Source: Thecamonas trahens ATCC 50062
Lineage: Eukaryota; Protista; Apusomonadida
Direction of reading: 5' to 3'
NCBI RefSeq assembly: GCF_000142905.1
Contig: NW_013657665.1
Coordinates: forward strand, 62,001-126,000
Length of the DNA stretch: 64,000 nt
Both the position numbers and the translations under genes were made by a program. Below are positions 31,948-43,374 of this stretch, piece after piece; position 1 is the stretch's first letter; the number at the start of each line of letters is the position of its first letter. The notes under the pieces were generated by a model. That model was not told the origin of the DNA. It worked only from the letters and a program-made list of their open reading frames with translations, and ran no database searches.

Positions 31948-33528
31948 TCAGGTTGCTGCCGCAGATGTGCTCGGTTGGGACGACATGCGGCGACGAGAGC
32001 GGCGACGGCCGGCGAGGAGGTCGTCGAGTAGAGCGCCGACGTCAAGATCGACGAGGGACGAGGCGCCGAGGCCCTGGGAGAGAAGGAGGTGAGCAGAGTC
32101 GAGCTGGGAGGCGCGGAGGAGGCCCGACGCCAGGCCGTGCGCCATGTTGGCCTTGACAGCGGCGACCCAGGCTTCGCAGTCTTTGGCCGATTCGCACTGA
32201 AAGTAGTAGGTGCGGGCACGAGTGGCCTCGTAGGCCTCGTCGAGGCGGGCTTGGATGTCGACGACCGAGCCCTCGAGGACGTCACGGACGGCGGCAAGCT
32301 GGCGGCCGATGACCAATGGCAAGTGGATGGCAAAGACATGGTTGCGGTCGACGGTGCCGTCAACGTCGGCGGTGGGCTTTCGCGACTTCAGCTTGAACGC
32401 GTCTGCCAACAGCGGCATGGACGGCTCACACGCAATGATCTTGGTGCCCGTAATGAGCTCGATGGTACCGCGGGCAGCCGTCGACGAGCCTGCGTCGCGC
32501 TCGTTCTTGTAGTACGAGAGCTGGATGCCGTCGAGGGTGAGGAACCGCTTTTGCCACCGCGGCGAGCTGGTAAACTTGCCCTTAGTCGCCGAGAGCTTGG
32601 CCACGACGCCTGAGCGGGTGACAGTCTCTTGTGGCGCTGAGAGCTTGCGCATCGCAACCGCGTTGGCAGTGATCCAGTGGCTCGGCGGCGGCGTTCGGGT
32701 CAGGCCCAGGTACGGCTTGGACGCCGGCCGGAGCAGGACGAGCTCGCGGTGCTCGCCGAGGCAGAGCGTGACCGATGAGCCGTCGGCAAGGACCGCAAAT
32801 CGGCGGTCGCCGGCATCGTAGTAGGTGTACCCGCCAGCAGTCGGCGGCGGCACGCCCGCCTGCCATCCGGACTCGTTGTTGAGAACAGCGGAGACAATGG
32901 CAGCGTGCTGCATGGCCTCGATCTCGGACCGCGCCGCGCACTTGGCGTCGAGCTTCTTGCGGTCGCTCGGCTCCCTGTCGGCGAGACTCGCCACAACTGC
33001 CGCCACGGTGGCGAGACGAGCAGCTTCGACGGCCTCGAGCTGGGCCACCTTGGTTGTCCGTGGATCGACCGTGGCCGCGGCGCCATCCGAAGTGCCGGCA
33101 GCCTCACCCACACCAGCTTTGGCAGCAGCAGCTTCAGCTTCAGCTTCAGCAGCCACCGCAGCAGCAGCAGCAGCAGCCGGCCCCGCAAGGACAGCCTCGC
33201 CGGCCGACTCACAGAGCTCGACCGACTCGACCTTGAGCGACTTGCGATGGAGCGACTTGCCCGATCGGACAGCGGCAGCAGCCGACTTTTCCAAAGAGAC
33301 AGCAGCAACGTTAAGTGACTCTCTTCTCAGAGCATTGCCCGAGTTGACAGCAGCACCCGGCGAGTTCTCCACAGCCGCCGCTTTGACTTGTTCCTTAATC
33401 CCTTGAGAACGTGTGACAGCCAGACCCGGAGCCACCTCGTCACGCTTGCCATCATCACCCATCATCCACCCATCACCACCACCATCACCATGGTGACTAT
33501 TGCTTTCAGCAACATCTTCAGCCTCCAT
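31948..33528 (-). CDS. PH-domain protein, paralogue 2
   Basis: WQKRFLTL...LSYYK...ARGTI and RTYYFQCESAKDCEAWVAAV. It shares the MQHA, GGYT and LxDGSS blocks with 29896-31572. Start chosen at MEAED. Confidence 0.8.
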   Translation of the reverse strand: MEAEDVAESNSHHGDGGGDGWMMGDDGKRDEVAPGLAVTRSQGIKEQVKAAAVENSPGAAVNSGNALRRESLNVAAVSLEKSAAAAVRSGKSLHRKSLKVESVELCESAGEAVLAGPAAAAAAAVAAEAEAEAAAAKAGVGEAAGTSDGAAATVDPRTTKVAQLEAVEAARLATVAAVVASLADREPSDRKKLDAKCAARSEIEAMQHAAIVSAVLNNESGWQAGVPPPTAGGYTYYDAGDRRFAVLADGSSVTLCLGEHRELVLLRPASKPYLGLTRTPPPSHWITANAVAMRKLSAPQETVTRSGVVAKLSATKGKFTSSPRWQKRFLTLDGIQLSYYKNERDAGSSTAARGTIELITGTKIIACEPSMPLLADAFKLKSRKPTADVDGTVDRNHVFAIHLPLVIGRQLAAVRDVLEGSVVDIQARLDEAYEATRARTYYFQCESAKDCEAWVAAVKANMAHGLASGLLRASQLDSAHLLLSQGLGASSLVDLDVGALLDDLLAGRRRSRRRMSSQPSTSAAAT

Positions 33529-33987
33529 AATGGCTCTGTATACCCTTAAGAAAGAGAGAGAGAGTGTGTGTGTGTGCCTGTGAGAGAGAGAGGAGTGCTC
33601 CTGTCTCGTCACGTCCGCCGACTCTGACTTCGTTCTCTGTCTCTCTTTGCTGACCTGTGACTTTCGCCATAGCCACCATTGCCCCACCATTGCCATGAGA
33701 TGAGCGGTGCTGACGATGATGAGGTATGATGGGTTTGAGTTTGGCATTGTGTTCCATGCAGGGAGGGGGGGGGGGTATGTATGTGAGAAAGGGGAGGGAA
33801 AGGCTATGGGTAGGCAGGGCATGGTGGTGGTGATATGGTCTGTGGTCTGGACACGATTGTTTTGGCTCATTCACTTGATACAGATGATTCAGCCAGAGGC
33901 AGAGAGAAAGGCCCCGGTCAGAGTCAGAGTCAGAGTCTGAGACAGAGCCAACATGGGCAGCGATTAGCATCATGATTACGATAAGCC

Positions 33988-34064
33988 ACCACCACCACCA
34001 CCACCACCACCACTACCACCACCACTACTACGACTACTACGACTACGACTACGACTATGACTAC
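33988..34064. repeat. (CAC)n grading into (CTACGA)n microsatellite
   Basis: Directly visible in intergenic DNA. Confidence 0.9.
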
Positions 34065-35071
34065 TTCCTACACACACACGCTCTCTCTCCTTCTCTCTCT
34101 CTCTATCTACGTCTGCCTGGTAGCCCGCCCACCACGCCAGCCAGCCCACCACCCCCAATACAAATCAGTTTTGACGCAGCATTCCCCAATTCAATTGTGT
34201 GTGTTGATGAATATGATTGCGGCAAGAATTGACCGGATTGCGTGGGAACGAGCAACACTCGACGACAGCCACAAAGTCGGTATGTTTGGTTTTTGTGTGT
34301 TTTGCCGTTTGCGTGAAGGGTAGAGGGGAGGAAGGGGGGGGGGGAGGAGGGGGAAGGGGGGGCAGGAGGAGCCATGCTCAACCAACCGAGTTGGTGGTTT
34401 TTTGGGGGGGGGAAGTAGATGCAATAGCCATGTGAAGCAGTCTTGCAAGGGCATTATGGTGTGCTTGTAAGAGGTGGCTTGGCTGGTATGGTGTGTTGTG
34501 TGTGGTGACGGACGGGTTGAATAATTTTGAAAGGTCGTCCATCCCACGGTCATCAACCCATATTTGGTTGACCCGAAGCCAGCCGAGTGTTTGTCTTGAG
34601 CTGTAGCCGACGAGGAATACTACCATGTCGACTACAATCAACATGAGCATGTGCCCCACCTTCTGACCTTTCTGCAAGTGTTAAGCTTGTTGGGCAAGTG
34701 TCTGCCATGCGGTTGGTAGGTGTGAGGAAAGGCGTCGCAAACTCACAGCTTTGGCTACCGCCAAAAATCGCTTGATGCTCCTTTGGACGACTTGTGCGGA
34801 ACGGGATGGTTGTGGATGGGGACGAACCATGGTGAATACCAATGACGTCTGACACGGCAACAACAGGCAGAGGCAACGTTTGCGACCTTGCTGGTGCAGA
34901 CTTTTGGCTGAGAGAGCAAGTCGAGCTGGGGATTGGACTACTGGCGGATCGAGAGTTTGTTTGTGTTTGCTAACCCGCACACTCTCTCACACACACACAC
35001 GGCCACCCACTTTGGTCTCGCATATTTCCTCTTTGCATACCTTGTGAAGGAAGACCAGCACTTGAACATCC

Positions 35072-36956
35072 ATGTCGGACAACGAGGCATCGGGCTCTGC
35101 CGGACTCTCTGCAGATGAGGTGATGACCAAGCTGCAGAAGCAGATTGATTTCTACTTTTCGCGGGAGAACCTTGCGTCGGACAAGTACCTCGTCTCGCAC
35201 ATGTCGAGCGAAATGTTTGTGGACGTGGACATTATTGCGGCGTTTAAGAAGGTCAAGTCTCTGACGACGGACCGTGCAACGCTGCTGCAGGCCATGCGTG
35301 CTTCGGACGCGGTGGTGCTGTCCGAGGACGAGACCAAGGTCAAGCCGGTCTTTGAGCTCAAGCGCAACACGATCATCATCCGCGAGCTTCCTGAGGACGT
35401 GACCGAGGCCCAGGTCAAGGCCATTTTCGACGACCCTGCGGCCGGCAAGGTTGTGAGCGTGCAGGCTGAGGCACAGAACCACTGGTATGTCAAGTTTGCG
35501 GACGAGGACATCACTTTTTCGACCTTTATGTGGCTGCGGTCGCAAAAGTACGACGGCAAGCCGATCCGGTGCCGGATCAAGACCGAGTCGCTGCTGCAGG
35601 GCGCGTCGCCTGGCGCGGCCAAGCCTGCCGGCGAGGCGCCCGCAGGGGCGCCGTTTGTGGCCGGCGCTCCGCCTGGTGGCAACCCTTACGCCTACATGGG
35701 CTACGGCGGTCCGCAGTATGTGCCCGTGGCAGGCCAGGGCGGCGTGTATGGCTACCCCCCGCCGCAGGGCTGGGAGGGTGCCCCGCCGCAGGGTGGGTTC
35801 ATGCCGTCGCAGGCCATGTACATGGCCGGCCAGCAGCACTACTACGCCAACGCCGCCCCGTACGCTCACTCTGGAACTGATCAGACGTACGCCGGCCGTC
35901 GCGGCGGGGGCCGTGGAGGCTCGGGCGGCAAGGGTGGCAAGGGCGGTGCCGTCCTCAAGGAGTACGACGGTTCCGGCCGCGACGCAGGCGGCAAGCGTGG
36001 CCGCCGCAACGGCGACGACTCGCGCCGGAGCCGCGGCTCGGGCGAGGGCCGCGGCCGGGGCAAGGGTGCCCGCGGCGGCCGCGGGGGCGCAAAATCCGCC
36101 AGCCCCTCGCAGCGGAAGGCCCCGGACTTTGAGCTCGGCCTCCAGTCCTTCCCGCCGCTGCCCAATGCCAAGGGCGCTGCGCCCAAGCCCGCCGGCTACT
36201 CGGCCGAGTTTGTCAAGTACCCGCGCGACGACCTGGTCAAGGTCATCCGTTCGTTTGCCGACGTTGTCGTCTACCAGCCGACTGAGCTGGCAGACTCGGA
36301 CGCCCCAGTTGTGCTCTCCGAGCCCAACACCACCCTCGAGGTGGAGAAGCCTGTCCCCGAGTACGTTCTTGCCTTGACCCCCCCCCCCCCCTTTTTTTTT
36401 CTTTTGCGCTTGCGCGCCCGTCTCTCTCTGTGATTAAGTCATCGATTATTGTCCGAACCACTATGACGATTTCGATTTGCTCTAACCCAGCTCATATGAG
36501 GGTTGAGACGACGCGCGCTGGGCTTTGGCCCGCAGCTCGACTTGCGACTTCCCCTGCCTCTCCCTCCTCCCCCCTCTCCCCACTACTCACCGTCACCTTC
36601 CACACAGGATCAAACGCCGCAAGAAGAACCGGCAGCGCCGGCGCCACGACTCTTCCTCTGGTGGAAGCTCGCGTGGCATGGACCGCGCGACAGCAATGGG
36701 CCAGCGGCGCAACGTTGGCGGCGCCAAGGAGGCTGCTCCGGCCAAGGTGTCGGCGCCCAAGGCTGCCGAGACCTCTGCACCTGCTGCCGCCCCCACCTCG
36801 TCCGCGGCCGCGCCGTCGTCTCCTGTCAAGAAGGAGTCGGCGCCGGCGACGGCGTCCGCGCCCGCGGCTGACTCGAGCGCGTCCGCCTCCACCGAGGCCC
36901 CCGCCCCGTCGGCGGGTGGCAAGCCGACCTACGCCGACCTCTTCAAGAAGTCGTAG
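35072..36956 (+). CDS. LARP4: La-related RNA-binding protein, LARP4 family; exons 35072-36360 and 36608-36956
   Basis: La motif QIDFYFSRENLASDKYLVSHM, RRM-like IIIRELPE...WYVKF, and FELGLQSFPPLP. Intron GTACGT(36361)...TACTCAC...CAG(36607) joins in frame to the ORF ending at 36956. Confidence 0.88.
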
Positions 36957-37135
36957 TCGTCATCCCGCTTGCACCCGCCGCCGCTCGCCCGCCTACACCT
37001 ACCACCCACACATCATCATCATCAACATCAACTAAACCTAGAGGCGCGCGTAGCATGCTGTGGCCAATCACTGCAGTCTGTGTGTGTGTGGTTTTGTTTG
37101 TGCAATCGAAAGAAGAGGAGGAGGAAAGAGGGCCA

Positions 37136-39115
37136 TCAAGCCAGCGCGGCGCCAAGGACCGCCAGGATGCCAGCAAGGGCAATAACAACCAGCGAGGGGC
37201 CGGTAATGGCGGCAGACCCGGTAGGAACCGGCGGACGGTTGACAAACGGGGTGCGACAGACTTCTGCGGCGGGCGGACACTGGACGGCGCCCTGGAAGCC
37301 CGGAAACTCAATCATGCCGCCGCGGGCCGGGCAGGTGATCGGCGCCGAGCCGCCAACCGAGATGGAGAGGGTGTAGCCCGACGTCTCGTCGCCGGCGCAG
37401 GTGGAAAGGTAGCACCGCGGCTCGAGGTTCCCAGTGTAGCTGAGCGACATGTTGCGGACGGTGGAGAGGAAGCACTTGGACGAGGCACCAAACTGCTCGG
37501 CGCCTGGCGAGGCGACGGCGGCGTTAGCCAGCTCGGCGCAGGCACCGTCCGACGTCGGGGTGTAGATGGGGCAAAAGTCTGCCAGCTCCGAGTAGCCGCC
37601 GGTCGTCGGGTTGTTGAAGTACTGGAAGGCCGAGGGGATGATGGCCCACTCGGTGACGATGCACTCGGACTTTGCCGAGCGGTCAAAGTTGCAGCCGACG
37701 GGTGTCGACGTGTTGCAGTAGTAGCCGTCGCCGGTCCAAGTCGAGCACTGGCCATCGAAAAACTCACAGCCCTGGCGGAAGCCGTAGCGCAGCGGGGTGG
37801 CAGTCGAGTAGTCGGCGACGTACCAGCCCGAGTCTTCGAGCGCAGCAAGGGTGAAGACTGAGAGGGCCGGCGGCGGGAGCGACTCGTAGCGGCCGGTCAT
37901 GATCTCGTTCATCAGCAGGCGCTTCTCCCAGTGTGACTTGAAGATGCCGACACCGCCGCCGTCCTCGAGCTCGAGGCCGACGGCCCGCGCGCAGTCGTAG
38001 TGCTGGCGGGCAACAGCTGTGACGCGCGGCGTGTTGAGCCGGCGGATAGTATTGCCAAATGAGGTTGTCGTCGACGCCACCACCGGCCGCGCAGGCGACT
38101 CGTCGGCGTAGAGCTCGCCAAACTCGTTGAGGTACGCCGAAAACTTGGAGAACGAGAATCCGAGAATGTGCAGCGCTTCGTGGAGGACAACATCGACGGC
38201 ACCCTGCAGGTCGTTCGGGTCAATGTACTGCGGCGCCACATTGAGGTGGCCCGCCAGCGGGCGGCCGAGCTGGTTCTGCAAGCACTCGACGCCGACCGCC
38301 TGCGCGCCGCCCAGCATCGGCCGGCGGGTGACAAAGATGACCACGTCGGCCGAGGTCGTCGGCGTGTCGATGTACGACTGCGGAATGGTGGCCGGACCAT
38401 AGTCGGATGCACCACAGTCGGTCCCGCCCTGCGCCGCAAACACAATCGCCGCAGGCGAAATGACCGAGAGCGCGGCCGAGAGGCGATCGGCGACGGCCGG
38501 GAGCACCTGGTCGGTCATAAAGCTAGCCTTGGCTGCGGGCCAGAGCATTGCAGCTGAGCACACGCCATTGCAGTTGACGAGCTTTGTCGCCGAGCACGCT
38601 TCGCCGCCTGACCCATCACCAATGGCAAACGCGGCGCCGTCTGCATTGCACACGCGGGTAGCCAAATCGTTGTCAAAGAGCGAGGTATCAAAGAGGACTC
38701 TAATGGGCGAGGCAGTAGCACGAGCAGCGACATGAGCACTTCGAGCCGAGAGAACGGCATCATTTCCATCAGCGGCAGCAGCGGTAGCAGCAGCAGCATG
38801 ATGACGACCGTCCTCATCATTCAGACCACCAGACTCACCAAGAGCAAGTTGCTGATGATGGACACGAGAGACAACATGTCCGTCATAATGACCACGCTGA
38901 GTAGCATGGTCATGGACACACCGAGCGTCTTTTCCTTGCGGCCGCGGTTCAAACACAAGCGGCACCCCATCGTCTGACGCCGTGGTGGGCTTGGTGGCCG
39001 TGGCGGGTGTGGCTGTCGTGGCGGGTGTGGCCGTCGCCGTCACTTCGAGAGCAAAGGCCAGGGCAAGGAGGCCCAGGACGAGTGCCACAGACAGTGGCGT
39101 GTTCCCTGTGTGCAT
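37136..39115 (-). CDS. Leishmanolysin/GP63-like M8 zinc metallopeptidase, probably GPI-anchored
   Basis: Signal peptide, RCVHD propeptide, HEALHILGFS (HExxH), ELEDGGG...SHWEKR, NEIMTG, LAALEDSGWY and a hydrophobic C-terminus. Confidence 0.93.
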   Translation of the reverse strand: MHTGNTPLSVALVLGLLALAFALEVTATATPATTATPATATKPTTASDDGVPLVFEPRPQGKDARCVHDHATQRGHYDGHVVSRVHHQQLALGESGGLNDEDGRHHAAAATAAAADGNDAVLSARSAHVAARATASPIRVLFDTSLFDNDLATRVCNADGAAFAIGDGSGGEACSATKLVNCNGVCSAAMLWPAAKASFMTDQVLPAVADRLSAALSVISPAAIVFAAQGGTDCGASDYGPATIPQSYIDTPTTSADVVIFVTRRPMLGGAQAVGVECLQNQLGRPLAGHLNVAPQYIDPNDLQGAVDVVLHEALHILGFSFSKFSAYLNEFGELYADESPARPVVASTTTSFGNTIRRLNTPRVTAVARQHYDCARAVGLELEDGGGVGIFKSHWEKRLLMNEIMTGRYESLPPPALSVFTLAALEDSGWYVADYSTATPLRYGFRQGCEFFDGQCSTWTGDGYYCNTSTPVGCNFDRSAKSECIVTEWAIIPSAFQYFNNPTTGGYSELADFCPIYTPTSDGACAELANAAVASPGAEQFGASSKCFLSTVRNMSLSYTGNLEPRCYLSTCAGDETSGYTLSISVGGSAPITCPARGGMIEFPGFQGAVQCPPAAEVCRTPFVNRPPVPTGSAAITGPSLVVIALAGILAVLGAALA

Positions 39116-39526
39116 ACGGGGGTCAGAGTTGGCTGACGACGTGAGACAGGGGGTGAGTGGTTTGGGTGGGAAGGAGGAGGAGGGGGAGGGGGTGAGGGCG
39201 GACGGAGGGAGGGTGGGGGGAGGGGTTGGGGCGAGAGGGGACAATGGTGCGAAAGAGGAACAACGAAAGAGCCGCGTGGGTGGCGGCTATGATTGTTTTG
39301 ATGGAAATATAATTGTTGGGGCGAGAGGGGGCAATGATAAACTTATCGAGAAATAATCGTTGATGGAGGCAAGGTGGCGGCTATGATTGTTTGATGGCAA
39401 TTTCATCGTTGGTGGAGCCAAGGCGGACCTCCTTCGCGTTGCCAGTAAGTCCAGACCAACCTCCGCTCCGCCCCCAACGCCCACACCCACCACCACTCAA
39501 CCCTCCCTTTCCAGAAACAAGACAAA

Positions 39527-41742
39527 ATGGCTGCCAACAACGGTTCCGCCACTCTGCGTACGTACAATTTAAAGCGCCTCGTCTCTCCTCCCTCTCTCTT
39601 TCTCTCTCTCTTTCTCTCTCTCTCTCGCCTCCTATGCCCGAGCCTCTGTCGGTCGTATCCGCCGTGGTGTGACCTGTTCGCTTTCTTTCGCCAGAATTCG
39701 CTGGAAGGCGCGCTCGGGCCGTTGCCTGTGGCAAGGCCATGCACGGTGCTACATCTTGCAGAAGCGGCAGTGAGACTGAGAGCATACAAGCTGGGGCTAT
39801 GGGCAGAGGAAGATGGAGTGGGTAGGGGCGGGGAGAGGCAGGGGGGATCGGTGTCGAGCAGCGTGGGTGAGGCTATGGGGCAAGGGGGAAGGATCATTGA
39901 TCGGCACGTCACTCACATTGTCGCCTCGTACCGCCGTGCAGGTCACACGTACGCCCCCGTGCCCGCCACCACGCGTGGTGAGTCTGTCTCGCTGTACGCG
40001 GACCCCAAGAACGAGAAGATGCTCTACACGTGCGGCAAGTCTGTGGTCATCCGCAACATCGAAAACCCGCTCGACGCGGACCTGTACCAGGAGCACGTGG
40101 CCAACGCGACGGCGGCGTCATACTCGCCGTCGGGCTTTTACATTGCCTCTGGTGACGAGTCGGGCAAGCTCCGGATCTGGGACACAGTCAACGCCGAGCA
40201 CATTCTGGCGAATGAGTTCCCGGTGCTCTCGGGCAAGATCCACGACATTGCTTGGTCGGGCGACTCGGAGCGGATCGTGGTGGTCGGCGACGGGCGCGAG
40301 CGGTTCGGTGCGGCGATCCTGGCCAAGACCGGCTCATCTGTTGGCTCGATCACCGGGCACTCGAAGGCCATTCTCTCGTGCTCGTTCAAGGCCAACCGCC
40401 CGTTCCGGGTGGCGACGGCCTCGGAGGACTTTTCCGTCGGCTTCCACACCGGCCCGCCGTTCAAGTTTGCGCATGGCTGCCAAGACCACACGCGGTTTGT
40501 CAACTGCGTCCGCTTCTCGCCTGACGGCGCGCGGTACGTGGCGGTGGCGTCGGACATGACTGGCTCCGTCTTTGACGGCAAGACCGGCGACAAGATCGGC
40601 GAGCTCTCCAACGCCGACCCTCACAAGGGCTCGATCTACTCGTGCTCGTGGAGCCCGGACTCCAAGTTCCTCCTCACCTCGTCAGCCGACAAGACGTGCA
40701 AGATTTGGGACATGTCCGGCGAGACCTTTGAGTGCGTCCAGACCTTTACCCTCGGCTCGACCCGCGAGGACATGCAGGTCGCCTGCCTTTGGGCCGGCGA
40801 GACGCTGCTCTCGGTCTCGCTCGACGGCACCATCAACTACCTCGATCGCGACGCGCCCGATGCGCCGGCCAAGCGCATCCAGGGCCACAACAAGTTCACT
40901 ACCGCCATCTCCTTTGACCCGGCGACCTCATCGATCGTCTCGGGCTCGTACGACGGCCGCGTCGTCGCATGGGACTTTGACTCGTGGTCGCAGGTCATGT
41001 TTGCCGGCAACGGCCACGGCTCGCAGGTCTCGGGCATCGCCGTCCAGGGCGACACCCTCGTCTCGGTCGGCATGGACGACACGCTCTGCATCACCTCGAT
41101 GACCGACAAGACCATGGGCGACGCCATCAAGCTCGACTCGACCCCGACGGACGTCGCCATCTCGGCCGCCAACCCCGGCCTCGTCGTCGCTTCCCACCGC
41201 GGGGGCTCGCTGTCGTCCGCGACGGCAACGTCGTCTCCACTCTCGCCCTCGACAACGAGCCGTCGTCGGTCCATATCTCCGCTGACGAAGCTCATGTCGC
41301 CGTCGGTGCCTCGGATGGCGTCTTCATCTACACCCTCGACGGCGACAACCTCGTCGAGGCCCAGGCCCTCAAGGGCACCCACCGCGCCCCGGTCTCCTCC
41401 GTCCGCTTCTCGCCCGATGGCTCGTACCTCGCTTCGTGCGACACCGGCCGCAACATCATCGTGTGGGACACCTCGAGCTTTGAGCCCACCATCGGCGCAG
41501 GCAAGTGGTGCCACCACACCGCCCGCGTCAACGACATCGCCTGGTCGCCCTCGGGTGACCACCTTGCCTCGGCCTCGCTCGACTGCGACATCCGCATCTG
41601 GTCCGTCTCGGCGCCCTCGGCCCGCATCCGCATCCCGCTCGCTCACAACGGCGGCGCCACCGGCGTCGTCTGGGTCAACGACTCGGTCATCGCCACGGCT
41701 GGCTCGGACTCGGCCGTCAAGACCTGGGACATCAACTTCTAA
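39527..41742 (+). CDS. WDR1: Actin-interacting protein 1 (WD40); exons 39527-39557 and 39942-41742, with an apparent 1-nt deletion at 41201-41205
   Basis: YAPVPATTRG, YSPSGFYIASGD, RIVVVGDGRERFG and RPFRVATASED. The last WD repeats continue in the other frame (ORF 40984-41742) after GGGGG. Confidence 0.92.
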
Positions 41743-42004
41743 GCGCATCTTTGATCTCGCGCGTCGTCCCACGCCGCGCCCTCGGCACCGTGTGCCTTAA
41801 ACCCACATACCCCTCGTGTCCTCGCGTCACAGTGTTCACGAAGCATCCCGCCCCCAGCCTCCCCCCCCCCCCCCAACCTCCCGTCTGCCACAAATCAGCC
41901 AGGCGCCATTGTCACGCTACACGCCACACGCCACACCCACACCCGCACCCGCACCCACACCCATACCCATACCCTCGCCGACTCCCCCCCCCCTGCTTTT
42001 TGAC

Positions 42005-43362
42005 ATGGCCACCAGCCGCCTCCGTGCTGCCTTTGTCGCCGCCTTTGACGATACCCTCGCCGCTCTCGCCAGGGCTACCATGACCGGACAAGCCAATCCT
42101 CGGAAGCGCCGCCATCCCCCGCCCACAGCCGATCCCTTGCTCCGTCACAAGCGCATCCACCGCCTATCGCCTTCTCATGCTCTGCCAGTCTCGGACTCGC
42201 GTCAGCGTAGCGAAGATCACCATCGTGGGAATCATCAGCATCACATCAGCATCAGCATAATCATCAGCATCACTCTGGTGATCATCCGCACCTCGCCTCT
42301 CGCGCTGAGTCCTCGCTCGAGTCACAGGTGGCAGGGGTGGCGGTGGCTGAGGCTCGGAAGCGTGCCGCTGTGGTCGAAGCCGACAACAAGGCGCTGCGTG
42401 AGACGCTTGATCGTGCCATGGCCCAGATCGACGCCCTCGTTAACGCCGTCAACGTCCGTGACGCCTACATCACAGAGCTCGAGACCGCCCTCCGCCTCGC
42501 CGATCATCCAAAGCCACCTCCGCTTGTCGCCGACAACGATGTTGGCGACACCGATGCCACCGCCCTCTCCGCTCTCTCTTACGCTGCTGACAATGACGCT
42601 GCCGCTGACACCGACGACATCGAATCTACAACCTCGTCGCAGTTCCAGCATCTGGTCCTCGAGGCGGAGCTGTACTCGGCGCTGGGCAACATGCTCGAGA
42701 CAGCCAAAGACATTGCCGACGCTGGCTCGCCTCGCGCCAACGACAACGGCGACAATGACGACGACAATCATGACGACGACGATGATGATGATGATGATGA
42801 TCCAGAGACCCCGCTCAGCCTCGCTCCGCCACAGGTCCCACCCATCTTCTCGCTCCGCAGCTTCTCCTCGCTTGTCCTCTCGACCATCACTTTCGTGTCA
42901 GGCCTTGCCGAGACGGCGGCTGCGCCCGGAGTGGGGGACACGCCGCTGGCTCATCCGGTCCGCCTCGCGCTGCGCAAGGGACTCGCTGCACTGCGGGCGC
43001 TAGTCGAGGCCATCCCGCTCGACGACGATAGCGAATCGCGGCTGGCATCGACACCTCAGCTGGTGGCTGCCCTCGACGCTCTCGGCACACAGGCAAACCG
43101 GATGGTCGCCGCCGTCGAGACCGTCACCAGCGCGCTCGCCGCCTGCTCTGGTCATGGCATCGAGCATCTCGGCACCTTTGCCGAGCCGCTGCACCACGCC
43201 GCCGAGGCCCTTACCAACATTGTGGCTCGTGCCGAGCGGAGCAGGACATCGATTGCCGGCGCTTGCGACGTCGCCCAGTCAGCTGTCTATGCCCTCGCCC
43301 ACACAGCCCAGCAGGTTACTCAGGCCGTCGTCGCTGCAGCGCCCCGTACCCCAGAGTCATAA
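42005..43362 (+). CDS. Hypothetical helical/coiled-coil protein with an apparent 1-nt deletion near 42244
   Basis: The frame from ATG 42005 reads ...HHRGNHQH, and the His/Gln repeat continues (HQHQHNHQHH...) in the frame of ORF 42328-43362. Confidence 0.6.
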
Positions 43363-43374
43363 AGGCCTTGTAGT

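Noticed and set aside
41201-41742. WDR1 (and likewise BIRC6) as pseudogenes
   Set aside because: The sequence on both sides of each frameshift is fully conserved with no other decay; sequencing error is more parsimonious.
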